This document shows, piece by piece, positions 38,214 to 51,801 of a stretch of DNA of 63,082 nucleotides; position 1 is the stretch's first letter; each line of letters begins with the position of its first letter. A model generated the notes under the pieces. That model did not search any database. It worked only from the letters and a program-made list of their open reading frames with translations, and was not told the origin of the DNA. Position numbers and translations under genes: made by a program. The stretch spans positions 1 to 63,082 of the forward strand of contig CDMY01000505.1 in NCBI GenBank assembly GCA_001179505.1, given 5' to 3'. This DNA is from Vitrella brassicaformis CCMP3155. Lineage: Eukaryota; Protista; Chromerida.

Positions 38214-39296
38214 TCAGAGGGCGCTGCGGTGGGTGGGGTCACGCTGCACGCGGACATTTGTGCGTCCGGCAGCCTCAACGTCTTGTGCGGCGACTTTCAG
38301 TGTGCGCGAGAAGAACTCTGCCGATTCTTCAGCTGCACACAGACACACACACAAACACACACGAGTGTCGATGTCGCATCCATCGTGTGTAGCGTGCCTA
38401 CGCGATGGCAGTGGGTGCGGCAGCTTCTGGATGAATGGATTATCCGCAGTCTTGCCCCTGCAGACGCAAGCCAGCCACACACTCATGCAATGCAGCAGAC
38501 AGACATGTCTGTCAGTCCCGACTGTGCGGCCTACGTACTGGTCGCCGAACTCCTCCTCGATGGTCTTCCTGTCGTCAGCATTTTTATGGCCGATGAACAA
38601 CACCACATCACTTGGGCCGCTAGCGCCCGGCGTCAGGGGGACCATGGAAGCCTTCAGGTCGCCGACGGTGCTGAACCTGCCCGCCGCCATGTAGTCTCTA
38701 GAATCCAAGGGGAGGAGGTCGGGGGGGTCGCTGTCATCGTAACGCGACACGAAGTAGCGAATGGTTGGCCCGGGGGGACAAGTGGTCCACTTTGATGGGC
38801 GCTGTGTGGGCGGGCAGACCTCCTCTGACACTGCATGATGGACACACACACACACACGAGTGTCGATGTCGCATCCATCGTGTGTAGCGTGCCTACGCGA
38901 TGGCAGTGGGCGCAGCAGCTTCAAGATGAATGGGTCATCCTCACTCTTGCCCCTGCACACCACACGCAAGCCAGCCACACACTCATGCAATGCAGCAGAC
39001 AGACATGTCTGTCAGTCCCGACTGTGCGGCCTACGTACTGGTCGCCGAACTCCTCCTCGATGGTCTTCCTGTCGTCAGCATTTTCATGGCCGATGAACAA
39101 CACCACATCACTTGGGCCGCTGGCGCCCGGCGTCCATGGAAGCCTTCAGGTCGCGGACGGTGCTGAATCTGCCCGCCGCGATATGGTCAGTAAAATCCAA
39201 GGGCAGGAGGTGGTAAGAAGTGGCATCGTAACGTGGCAAGAAGAAGCGAATGGTTGGCCCGGGGGGATGGGTGATCCACTTTGATGGGCACGTCAT
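38214..39296 (-). CDS. Protein of two tandem, possibly ubiquitin-like modules; the first module is frameshifted
   Basis: Exons PSKW…STVGDLKASM…VVLFIGHKNADDRKTIEEEFGDQ|GK…PFI are repeated. Splice phases are consistent except for an 8-nt deletion in the 5' copy. Confidence 0.5.
38361..39290. repeat. Tandem duplication with 495-bp period (38361-38820 and 38856-39290), including exons and introns
   Basis: Both units begin ACGAGTGTCGATGTCGCATCC and share long identical blocks. Confidence 0.92.
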
Positions 39297-39638
39297 CTTG
39301 CTCCTTTGCTGTGCACCCACGAGGTTTGTTGAACAGATCTTTTGCTTGACTAAGCCGCAGATCTGGCCGGATGCCTCTCCCCCTCTTCTCTTCCGCAGCC
39401 TTGCGAGCTCAAGTTGCTGGCCGAAAGCGATCTTTTGAGAACTGTTCGTGGAACCCGTCGGACTTTGAGGGATTGTAGCCCTCGTGACAGCATCCTTAGA
39501 GCACCCAAGGTTGGCTCCGCAGACCACCGAACCCATTCGCTTCGCTTCTGTCTGTGAGCCTGGCAAATCGAAGGTGTCTGCGGCCTTGAGAGCGTCATTG
39601 TCGACCAGTTCTACGCTCTATCAGTCAGCAGAGCCACC

Positions 39639-40587
39639 ATGGCTCGTGGGAAGGGCGGGTCAGCGTCGGGATGGGAGGATCCAGCGCACCAGATCGGATG
39701 GATAGCAGCCACCAAGCCGCAACGGAACTGCAGAAAGCCACCCGCACAGCAGCAGCACAACGACCGAGTGCAGGTTGACGAGAGGCTACAGCGGCGCGGG
39801 CGGGGCTTGGCTCGAGGGGGACGACAGGAGCGTCGCAGCCCGTCACGCAGGCGACCCCGCTCCCCTCCCAAAGGCGACGCACCTCCTCGGCAGAAGAACA
39901 AGGCACCACCAAGGGAGCCCAGACGAGATGCACCAGCAGCTGCCGCTCCGGCCCCGGCAGTACCAGTGGCAGCAGCGCAGGGGCAGGCTGCTCAAGGGAC
40001 GGCAGGCAGCCCGTCAGCCGAGGCCGTATCGTGTCAGCAGGATGAGATGAAGGGATTCATGAAGGCCTTCGACGAGTCGGGTGTCGTGGTCCCGCCGCTG
40101 GCCGAGGCGGGCGACGGGCATGGTGAGGTCAAGGCCCATGTGGTCGTGGTTGGGGCGGGGGTGGCGGGGCTCGCAGCTGCGGCCACGCTCAAGAAGCGAG
40201 GCTACAACGTGACCATCCTGGAGGCGCGTGACAGGTGGGTCAGAAACAGAGAGAGGGGAGGGGAGGCAGATGCGTGCACAGACGTGTTTTGTCAAATGGG
40301 CGCTGTTGTGTGTGATGTGGATGGATGGGTCAGGGTTGGCGGCAGGATACAGACGCAGAGATTCTCGAGGAAACGGGGCCTGCCAGAGACCAACGTGAGA
40401 CCTGCACACACACACCTATAGATTGGCACGTGCTGCACCGACATGATGCGTGTGTGTGTGTGCCGTCCATGCAGTACGACGTCGCCGCCAATTGGATGCA
40501 CATAGCCCCGGGCGACCCGCACTACCCCTGGGATATCGCCGCTGCGCTGGGCGTGGAGACATCCGCTGTGCCAGGTACCCGCCGCAC

Positions 40588-40622
<35 letters not shown>

Positions 40623-42828
40623 CTACAGAAGAGGCCATGGATGGATGGATGGATGGTTGCAGGAGGGAAGTGGGAGCCGACCCAGTGGACCGTCTTCCAC
40701 GACGATCTGACAGGCCAGAAGGTCGACCAGGTCCTCGTCGTTCGGTAGGCTGCCACAGACATACATCACTCTCACTCAATTCCATCTGATCTCATCTCCC
40801 GCTGTTTCTTCCTTTTTTGTTTTTTTTCTTTCAGAGGGCACCAGCTGTACGAGCGGACCACTGCCATAATGCTGGCAATGAAGAAGGAGAAGGACCATCC
40901 AGCGGCAGCGCCCCCAACGATCAGTGGCCTGCCCCTCCCCGACTTCCCGCCCTCCGCCGACAGTTCCTTCGGCAGCTGGTTTGCCATCGCCCTCGACCGT
41001 GCAGCAGAGGAGGAGCGCCAGGCGTGCCAGGACCCCCCTCAAAAGAAGCAGAAGCGTCGTAAGGGGGCGACACAGGCGGCACAGGCGGCATCCGAGGCCG
41101 CTGACCAGGCCGAGAAGGTCGATAAGGAGGTCGGCCTGCTGCGCCGAATGGCAGCCAAGATCGCACAGCGGGGGTTCGGCTACAACTGCCAGCTGGCCGA
41201 CCTCGCTCTCGTGCCCTCTCTCGAGGCGCTCGCCAGCCAGCAGCAGCCCGCCCACAAGAAACCCACGCGGCCGACTGATCGACAGCTGAAGGACCGGGCG
41301 GCGGGCGAGACCGACTACATGCGCCGCTACAAGGCCGGCAAGGGTTACCAGCCCGTCGCCACGCCTCAGCTGTCGATCTACGACCCGCCAGGGGTGCCGG
41401 CACCAGCGCCCAACGCGTACACCACCCTCGACCTCTTCAAAGTGTCGCCTGAGGAGGCGCAAGAGCTGAAGCGCAAGAGGGACGATGGCGGAGAGGGGCG
41501 GGGAGGGGCAGATGGGGGAGAGGAGGACGAGGGCGAGGAGGGCGCGCGGCAACCCCAGAGGAAGAAGCGGAAGGAGGGGGGCCACGGCAAGGGCAAGGAC
41601 AGGAGGAAGAGGGCGCCAAAGAGGGCTGCCAGGGGAGCATACGACCCCTTTAAGCGGGCCAACATCGACCACCAGGTCAGGCACCTGATCCACAGCCAGT
41701 CACAATCCCTGACACACTTCCGTGCTCGCTCATTTGTGTGTCTGTCCGTCCGTTTGTCCGTCTGTTTGTGTGGGGTGTGTTGCAGCTGACAGAGGGCGAC
41801 AGGCTCTGCACAAAAGGCTACAGCTGGCTGCCCCAGTTCCTCGTCGATTCGGCCGCCCTCCAGGACAACATCATCCACAAGGCCATTGTCAACGAGGTTC
41901 GAGTAGTTGACCACGAGGACGGCAGCAGCCACGTGGAGGTGACCACAGCCGACGGGGACGTGTACAGCGCCCTGAAGGCCATCGTCACCGTGCCGGTTGG
42001 CGTGCTCAAGGCCACCAACGACACGGACTCCCGCATCGCCTTCGAACCGCCCCTGAGCGCCGCCAAGCAGCAGGCGTGCGAGCGGCTGGGTGGGGGCGGA
42101 CACAACAAGGTGGTGCTGCGGTTTGACGAGTGCTTCTGGGACGAAGCCGAGCAGTTCATCAACTGCACCGACCCATCTGTGCAGTTCATGAACCTGCACG
42201 CCTTCGACCCGGCTAATGCCACCAACACACTGGTACGGATGCTGGGTGGGGTGGGTGGGCACACACCACACACGCATCCACCTCTCTATTGTATCTGTGT
42301 CCGTCTGATCGTTCAGGTGGCCCACCTCTTCGGGCAGCATGATCTGCAGAAGGAAGAGACGGTGGACAGGGTGGTCACCCTGCTGGCCGGCATGTATGGC
42401 CTCCACGTCGACGACCTCCGCGATGGGCTGGTGGACGCCGAGGTGACGAACTGGGACACTGACCCGTTCGCACTTGGCTCGTACAGCTGTCATCGGCCCG
42501 GAGGCAGCGCGGACGACATCGAAGAGCTGGCGACCGCCCATCCGGAACCCGAGAGCCAGGAGGGGGTTGACACCAGGCCAGCTGTCTTCTTCGCCGGAGA
42601 GGCCACCAGGTGGCTGGGGGGAGGGCGGTGGGTGGACCGGCAGATGCATTTTGTTTGTCCCTGCTCTTATGCCGGTGTGTGTGTGTGTGTGTCGTTGATT
42701 CGTTCAGCGCTGCGGGCAACCAGTGCGTCCACGGTGCCATGCACAGTGGAGTGCGTGCGACGACCGAGGCCCTCGCCGCCATCCACGGCATCTCACACCC
42801 ACTGTGGGCGGCATCGGAGGCCCTGTAG
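39639..42828 (+). CDS. FAD-dependent amine oxidase (LSD1/polyamine oxidase family)
   Basis: VVVVGAGVAGLAAA…LEARDRVGGRI, ANWMH, IVTVPVGVLK, HNKVVLRFDECFWD, NWDTDPFALGSYS, VFFAGEAT…VHGAMHSG. All splice phases checked and in frame. Confidence 0.92.
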
Positions 42829-43587
42829 TGTGCCTGCGCTGGCACACACACCCCCAGCCATGATAGGGTCTGGCCGCCTGTCTGCCTAGCCTAGCAGCCT
42901 GTCCCTCGTCGACGATTGCTGTGTTTGTTCCTTCTCTGCTTGTCTTTGCTTCAATTGGACCTCACTATTGCTCCTGAGCTTCCTTTGCTATGGCCTGCCT
43001 TTCGTGTTGCTGAGGTCCTGGGCCGTTTGGCTGCTGCTGTTATGACTAGGTTGTCGTATCCACACCCCACACTCACTGCGCTGACTAAGAGAGAGGGAGA
43101 GGGAGAAGGAGAGGGAGAGAGAGATTGCTGTGGTGAGGTCGTATTTGTTGTATTTGCTTGCTCTTAGCTGACTGATGACTGACAGACAGGTGTGGCACGT
43201 GTGCGTGGACGTCCGTGTGTGTGAGTGTTCTTGCCCGCCTGCCTGGTCTGGATGGAGCGAGCTGCCTATTTGCTATCTGTCTGTTGCCGTCTTGACCTTT
43301 GCTCTTTGCTGAACTACTTACTACTGGATTTGGGACGGACCGTTTGGATCAGTCGTGTGTATGTATGGTATGCATGAGATTCAAGACGTGTGCACATACG
43401 CACATACAGACATCCGTACGTATTGGAGACACGTGCAGTGCACATGTATGTATATAGTTGCATGCCTCATCACATCAACGTGTACATGGCCCTCATGTAT
43501 CGTATCACCACAACAAACAAAGAACGACACGAAAAACACAAACATGAGTTTTCATCCGTGTTTGTTGCAAAAATACATCAGTCTCAC

Positions 43588-46500
43588 TCAGCCAGCTACT
43601 TCCGCCCGCCCCTTGGCATCCCGTCCCTCCCGTTTGATTCTCTTGCCCTTGCCCCGAGCACCATCACCACCAGCCGCACCCTTTCTCTTGCGGTGGCCAT
43701 GGGGGATGCGTCTGTCCGTTCCTTCCTGAGAATCGCTGCTAATGACCATGGCATGTGATGCCCTCCCACCCGACTGCACATCCCCGCCCCGCCCCCCCTG
43801 CTGCTGGGCCGCCACTTCATCGGCACAGTCAGTAAGGTCCACAACGTCCCTTTGATCGCCTCGCGGCTGCTGTGACACTGCTGCTGCTGCCGCTGCTGGT
43901 GGGATGGGGTTTGAGGTGGGGGGCATCCGACGCTCGCTGGCTGCTCCTCCAGCAGGATGCGCAGCAGCAGCGGCAGCACTCACCATAGGACGCTGATCAC
44001 CATCCCCTCCCACGCCCTCCGCATCTCCCCCATTGTCACCATAGTCGTCATCGATCCACCCGTCGATTTCATTCATTGGCACCTCATCTTCCCTCTCCCT
44101 CTCGCTCTCCTTTGCCTGCGGTGCAGGTGCGGCAGCCGCAGCTGGCATGGTGGCTGGCTGGGGGTGAGGGGCCCGTGCCCACATGAATTGAATGCTGGGT
44201 GGCCGAAACGGTTGTCGGGGGACTGGGCTGTGTCCTCCTGCAGGAGGGCAGGGAATCCCCCTCGGCGGCATGGGGCCATGAGGCATCCCCACGGGGCGAG
44301 CGATAATACCATCAGCAGGTGGTCTGGGTCTGGGTGGTGGGGGCCGGACGTACGCACGCGCAGGCGGACCCGGAGGCGGGGGTGGCATTGCAGGTGGCTG
44401 TGAGGTTTGGGAGTACCACAGCGGTGGTAGGTTGCCAGGAGGGGCGATAGGGGGCATCGCGGCAGCGCCGCCGCCGGCCGGGTCATTGGCATCGGCAACA
44501 CCTGGCAGCCGAGGGGGAGTGCGGCTGCGGGGTGGGGCTTTGTTGTAGAATTGCGGCCGTCCGCCTGGTTTGGATGGGTTGGCCATGGCGGCCAAGAAGT
44601 CACGCGAGGGCCCGGTGCCATCCGCAGCACCACTGAGGGACTTCAGCATCTGCTCCAATGCACGCTTGACAGCTGTCCGGTCGTCATCGGGGATGTGCGA
44701 GTATGTGATGCGATTGACGAGTGGCGAGGGGTCGGGTGGGAGGTCCGCCAGGTAGGGGGAAACGGAGCAGCGGTTGGGTTTGTTGTTGTCGAGCTTGATC
44801 TCGACGAATGATATGCGCAGCTGCTCCTTGGCCCGGGAAAGAGCCACATAGGCCACGCGCCGCTCCTCCTCCTGCGAATCGGGCCCGCTGCCTCCACTGC
44901 CTGCAATGCAATCAATGCACGTACACACAAGAGAGCAGGTGTGTGCGGCGGTGTCTCTCTGGTGTCCTTCCTGCGGTGTCTATAGGCCTGCCTACTGTGT
45001 AGGGCAGTTCAGTCGGGGTGTTTGGTGACTGACTGACCTGTATTCTGTCCACCACAAGGCCATTCGCCGTCGTTCATGCGTGTGCAGAAGACGAATGGCC
45101 ACTCCTTGCCCTTGGCGCCGTGAGCTGTGGTGAGGGTGACGCATTCCTCTCGTTGTTGGTGGACGCCTTCTCAGCCAGCAGCTCGGTCGCATCGTCTGAG
45201 GGACACAAATACACCCACACATACACGGACACACACACACACATATGGATGGAGGGATGGATGGATGGATTGTCTCTGACCACTGAGAGCTATGGCGTCC
45301 AGGAAGCCAGAGAGACGAGCAGCAGGAGACTGCTGCTGCTGCAAGGCAAGGCAAGGCAAGGCAAGGCGACCAAGGGAGGCAGAGGGCAAGGTAGGTAGGT
45401 ACGGATGGTACGGATGGAGGGGGCTTTCCTTTCTTTGTGTTTGTGTGTCTCCTTCCTTCCTTCTGTGCATGTCATGTCGTGTCGTGTCGTGTCGTGTCGT
45501 GTCGCCGCCTACAGTGTATGCTTTTGCCTCTCGCTGGAGTGCCTCTATTAGTGCACCGTAGTCTCGTGACTGGGGCAGCTTCTTGACGACACGGTGCAGA
45601 AATTCCGACAACTCCAGATCCCTCAGCCTGACGCGTGCCATGTGTGTATGTGGTGGGTGAGGGGGACACACACACAAAGCAGCCCGGTGCGCATATCTGG
45701 TCATTCTGTAAACCCTCCCCTGACCGACCGACCTGTCGGTGAGTTGGCATGACTTGTCGAGTACATTGCATGCGGCGCAGATCGCCCGGTTAAGCACCTC
45801 GTTCTCATGCACACGCTGCCTCGGCCCGTCTGGCTTCTCCTCATACACGTGAATCCTGCCGACCGCTGCCCGCACGCGCTGCTCGAACCTGCTGATGGCG
45901 TCTGCAGACGGCTCTGCCAGCCGTAGCTGCTCCCGTCGGCGACGGGCCACCCTCTCTCGGTCTTTCTTCTTGGGGAGCTTCTGGGCCCTGGGCGGCTGCT
46001 TCTTGATGGGTGGCCGGTGGGGCGCCGGCGGCTGCTGGTGGTGGTGGTGGCCGTCCTGGGTGTCGTGGTCGGGTGGTGGTGGGGGTGGGGGCTGGGGCAC
46101 CTCCTGCTCGGCCATGGCACTCAGGATGGTGAGGCAGGTGATGAAAGGCAGGGGGCCGTTGGGGGGAGGCAGCTCCTTGCGACCTGGCCACATGCAGCGC
46201 AGTGACCCACATGCAGAGTGTCGCGTCGTGTAGTGTCCTGAGGTCTTTTTGCTGTTGCTGCATTGTGTTCTGAAGTCTAGTCTAGTATTTGTGTATTTTC
46301 CCACCGAATGCAGCCATCTGCCTCAGTAGCTCCACGGAATGTTTCGTCCCTGTCGGTCAGACATGGCCGTCACCGCCCGCATGGCATCGTCGTCGTCGAT
46401 CGGCTTGAGAACGAAGCGACAGATCGCCAGAATGTCCTCTACCTGCCAGCCACATGACATGTACCACCCAACAACATACATACATACGGACGTACGTAAG

Positions 46501-48465
46501 TACGGATAGATGGCCACGCCACGGGGCGATTGCCAAGTCGGATTCATTTCACCCCCCTCACCTCTCGCTGGGAGTAGTAGGCGGCCCCGCGGACGACCAA
46601 CGGGATGTTGTGGCCCTCCAGGAACTTCTGAAACTCCGTCAACGTTGACTGCTTCCTATACAATACAATACCTCATTCATACCACAGAAACCGTGATCGT
46701 CAGTCAGTTCTCCCCGCCCATGCCCCTTCCCCCTTCATTCACTGTGTGTGTCATGTGCAGGTAGGTAGGTACCTGCAGATGATCGCTATGTCCTTCCACT
46801 GGCAGGAAGGCTGCTGCAGGGGCCCACTACCAGCCCCATCAATGAACCCCTTGAGCATGAGTATGTGTAGGAGCACCCAGAACATCTCATGCTCGGGCGT
46901 GGCACACGAGCAGGCCTCCACGGGCTGCCCTCTACCGAGCGCCGCGGAGACCGGGGGCGGGGCAGCAGCAGAGGGGCACCACCACCACGCAGGACGGCCT
47001 GACTCACTTCAACAATGCTCTTGCTACTCCTGAATGAACAGCACAAAAATAGGTAAAGCCACAGGGGCGTGCATGCATTTCGAACCAATCAAGGGATCCA
47101 ATCCTCAGTGGATTGGATCTTACTGACCTGAAGTTCTGCGTGAGCTTGACCCTGGGAGCGGCTTGGTACCGGTCTCGGAACGCCCCGAACTGGTCGTCTC
47201 CAGCACCTATTAGCGCACAAAATGAGATGGATGTGGACATATGCTGTTTGAGTCCGGGCAGCTGCTGCCTACCCTGGAAGCCATAGATTCGCTGGGAGGG
47301 GTCCCCAACGACCGTCACGCGACCGTCACGGGCGAGCAGGTGCAGCAATTGTAGCTGCACCGTGGATGTGTCCTGCACAGTGCACACACAGACACAGACA
47401 CACCCATTCATTCATTCAACTAGAGGGTGTATGCCATGTGTCTCTCCCGCTGGCCCCGTCTCTCTGACCTGAAATTCGTCAACAAGAATGAATGTGTGGC
47501 GCTTCGTCAGCTCGGCCAGCAGAGGGGACGCCGGCTGCTGTAGTGAGTACATGACGGCCTTGAGCATGTCACAGAAGTCCAGGCATCTGGCCGCCTTCAT
47601 GGACTCCTCGTACTCACGGTACACGATCCTCTGATTGGCTGCACGCAGCGCACGATACACACATAGAATACAGGAATACAGGAGAGCATTAAAGTCATGC
47701 AGGCGATGCGTGTGTGGTCACTGTGGTGGCTGGCATCTGACGCACCTGTGAGGGAGCTGTCGTCTGGTGGTAGGTTGCGTGCCTTGGCTCTGTTGATGGC
47801 GCGGAGGTATTTGGCGGCTGGTCGGATGTTGGTGGAGTGGCTCCGCTGGATGACGTTCCTGGTCTGCAAATCCTCGAGGATCTCCCCGACCTTGAATCTC
47901 TGCTTGTTCTCATCCACGACCTGGAACGCCGCCTCCTCAGGCTGCTGCTGGGGCGCCTCGGCTGGTGTGGTGCCGCCTGTGGCTAGGGTGGCACTCGCCT
48001 CTCCACCACCCCTCCCCCCGTCCTGTCCGCCATCCTCAGAAACCTCTCCGGTAGCGCCACCAAGCCGAAAGAAGGCATCGGCCACCTCAGGCCGCTCCCT
48101 TAGGACACTCAAACAAAACGCATGGTAGGTCTGCACTCCTATGCGGGCGAGAGGGTTCGTTCGGGCGTTGCCAGATGCCTTCAATCGCGCCTTGAGCTCT
48201 TCGCAGGCTGCGCGACTGAACAAGAGAGAGAACACGCATCGCATCGATGCACACGCATCTGAATGGCGGCTGACCTGAAGCTGAAGACCAGGATGGCTTC
48301 AGGAGCTATCTCGTAGAGAGAGATGATCAACTCCAGCCGAAAGATTAGCGTTTTAGTCTTTCCGCTTCCGGCGCACGCCTCTATTGACAGCGGTTCGTCT
48401 GTCGGCGACTGACGCGCCCTATCCTGCTCCTCGGTCAAAGAGCCAGCTGCGGGAGCCCCCGCCAT
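43588..48465 (-). CDS. UvrD/Rep/PcrA (SF1A) DNA helicase, Srs2-like; reading-frame irregularities in the 3' half
   Basis: Q motif LTEEQ, Walker A ACAGSGKT, TYHAFC, ILVDEFQDTS, VVGDPSQRIYGFQGA, LTQNFRS, DIAIICR, VTLTTAHGAKGKEW, EEERRVAYVALSRAK. Confidence 0.9.
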
Positions 48466-48847
48466 GGATTCTTGCTGCGATGACCTCCTCAAATCATGAA
48501 CGCGATCTTGGTAAATTCACGAAAGGCGTCACACACATGACACATACACAGACAGCATACACAGACAGAGGGACGCGCACATGCACACGTCAGTGATCGA
48601 GTGCATCATGCATTCTCCGATGTTCTTTACACAATTAAGTACAAAGGGGCCGGGCCAGCCGCTCTAATTCAATTCGTCTGCCGCCCCATTTCTTCCTTCA
48701 ATGGCCAGTGTCTGTCAGTCTAATTAGCACCGTAGACTAGACGAGGGGCGGCGAACGATCGATATACACCAACAGCAACCAAGCAAGGCAAGCAATGAGA
48801 GGGGCACCGGACCGGACGTTGGTTGTGTTGGGTGCGTGCCGTTCGAA

Positions 48848-51119
<2,272 letters not shown>

Positions 51120-51801
51120 CCTACATAGAAAGATGGATGCCTGCATGCCTGCATGCATGGCTGCATAGCCGTCGTCTGAGCGGCTTTTTGCATCGTTGAG
51201 ATGGATAATATTTGTGCGACCGATATAATGGAATGGATTGGTCTTGAAGACACACGTGGGATGGGATGGGGTGGGCCGGCTGAGCTGAGGATGCGATCAA
51301 GACGGTGTGAGCAGTCCCTCGCGGTCCTGGGGGAGCGGTTTCACAGAATGTCCTAAGCGGCCAGACGGCCAAGTCCCATGTCTTTCACGCACAGTCAAAC
51401 GACGACACGCAACAGGAATCACCCACGCACGCTCCACATGCACAGAGGAAGCCAAGGAACACACTCACGAGGCCTCCAGACCGAAACCCACGGCCGTCCG
51501 CTGAATACGAGTCGTTTGCTGGACTAAGTCGTAGATCTGGCCGAGTCGCTCCTGAGATGCGCCACCCCGGGCCTCCCCCACGCCGCAGAGTCGTCCCCCC
51601 TCGGCGCCGGAAGCTCCATCCGCTAGATACGGGTCAATTGCAGTCCTGGCGTGCGAGCCGCCGGGCGATCGGCGTCGCAGCGTAGCGTCTCCCCGCTTTC
51701 AACAAACGCGCACACCGAGGCGTTGGCCAGCAGCGGAGAGGAATTATCTGGTGTTGGGCTGTGTTCCGTGATTGACTGATTCTGATTGGTGATTGTTTGC
51801 G

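Noticed and set aside
7275-39290. Repeats considered as CRISPR arrays or transposon ends
   Set aside because: No repeat-spacer periodicity, terminal inverted repeats, target-site duplications, transposase or RT motifs were seen.
51500-51760. GC-rich stretch resembling a structured ncRNA (GGAAGCTC recalls RNase P RNA)
   Set aside because: The other conserved RNase P/MRP or SRP boxes were not found. It is more likely the promoter or UTR of the LOG gene.
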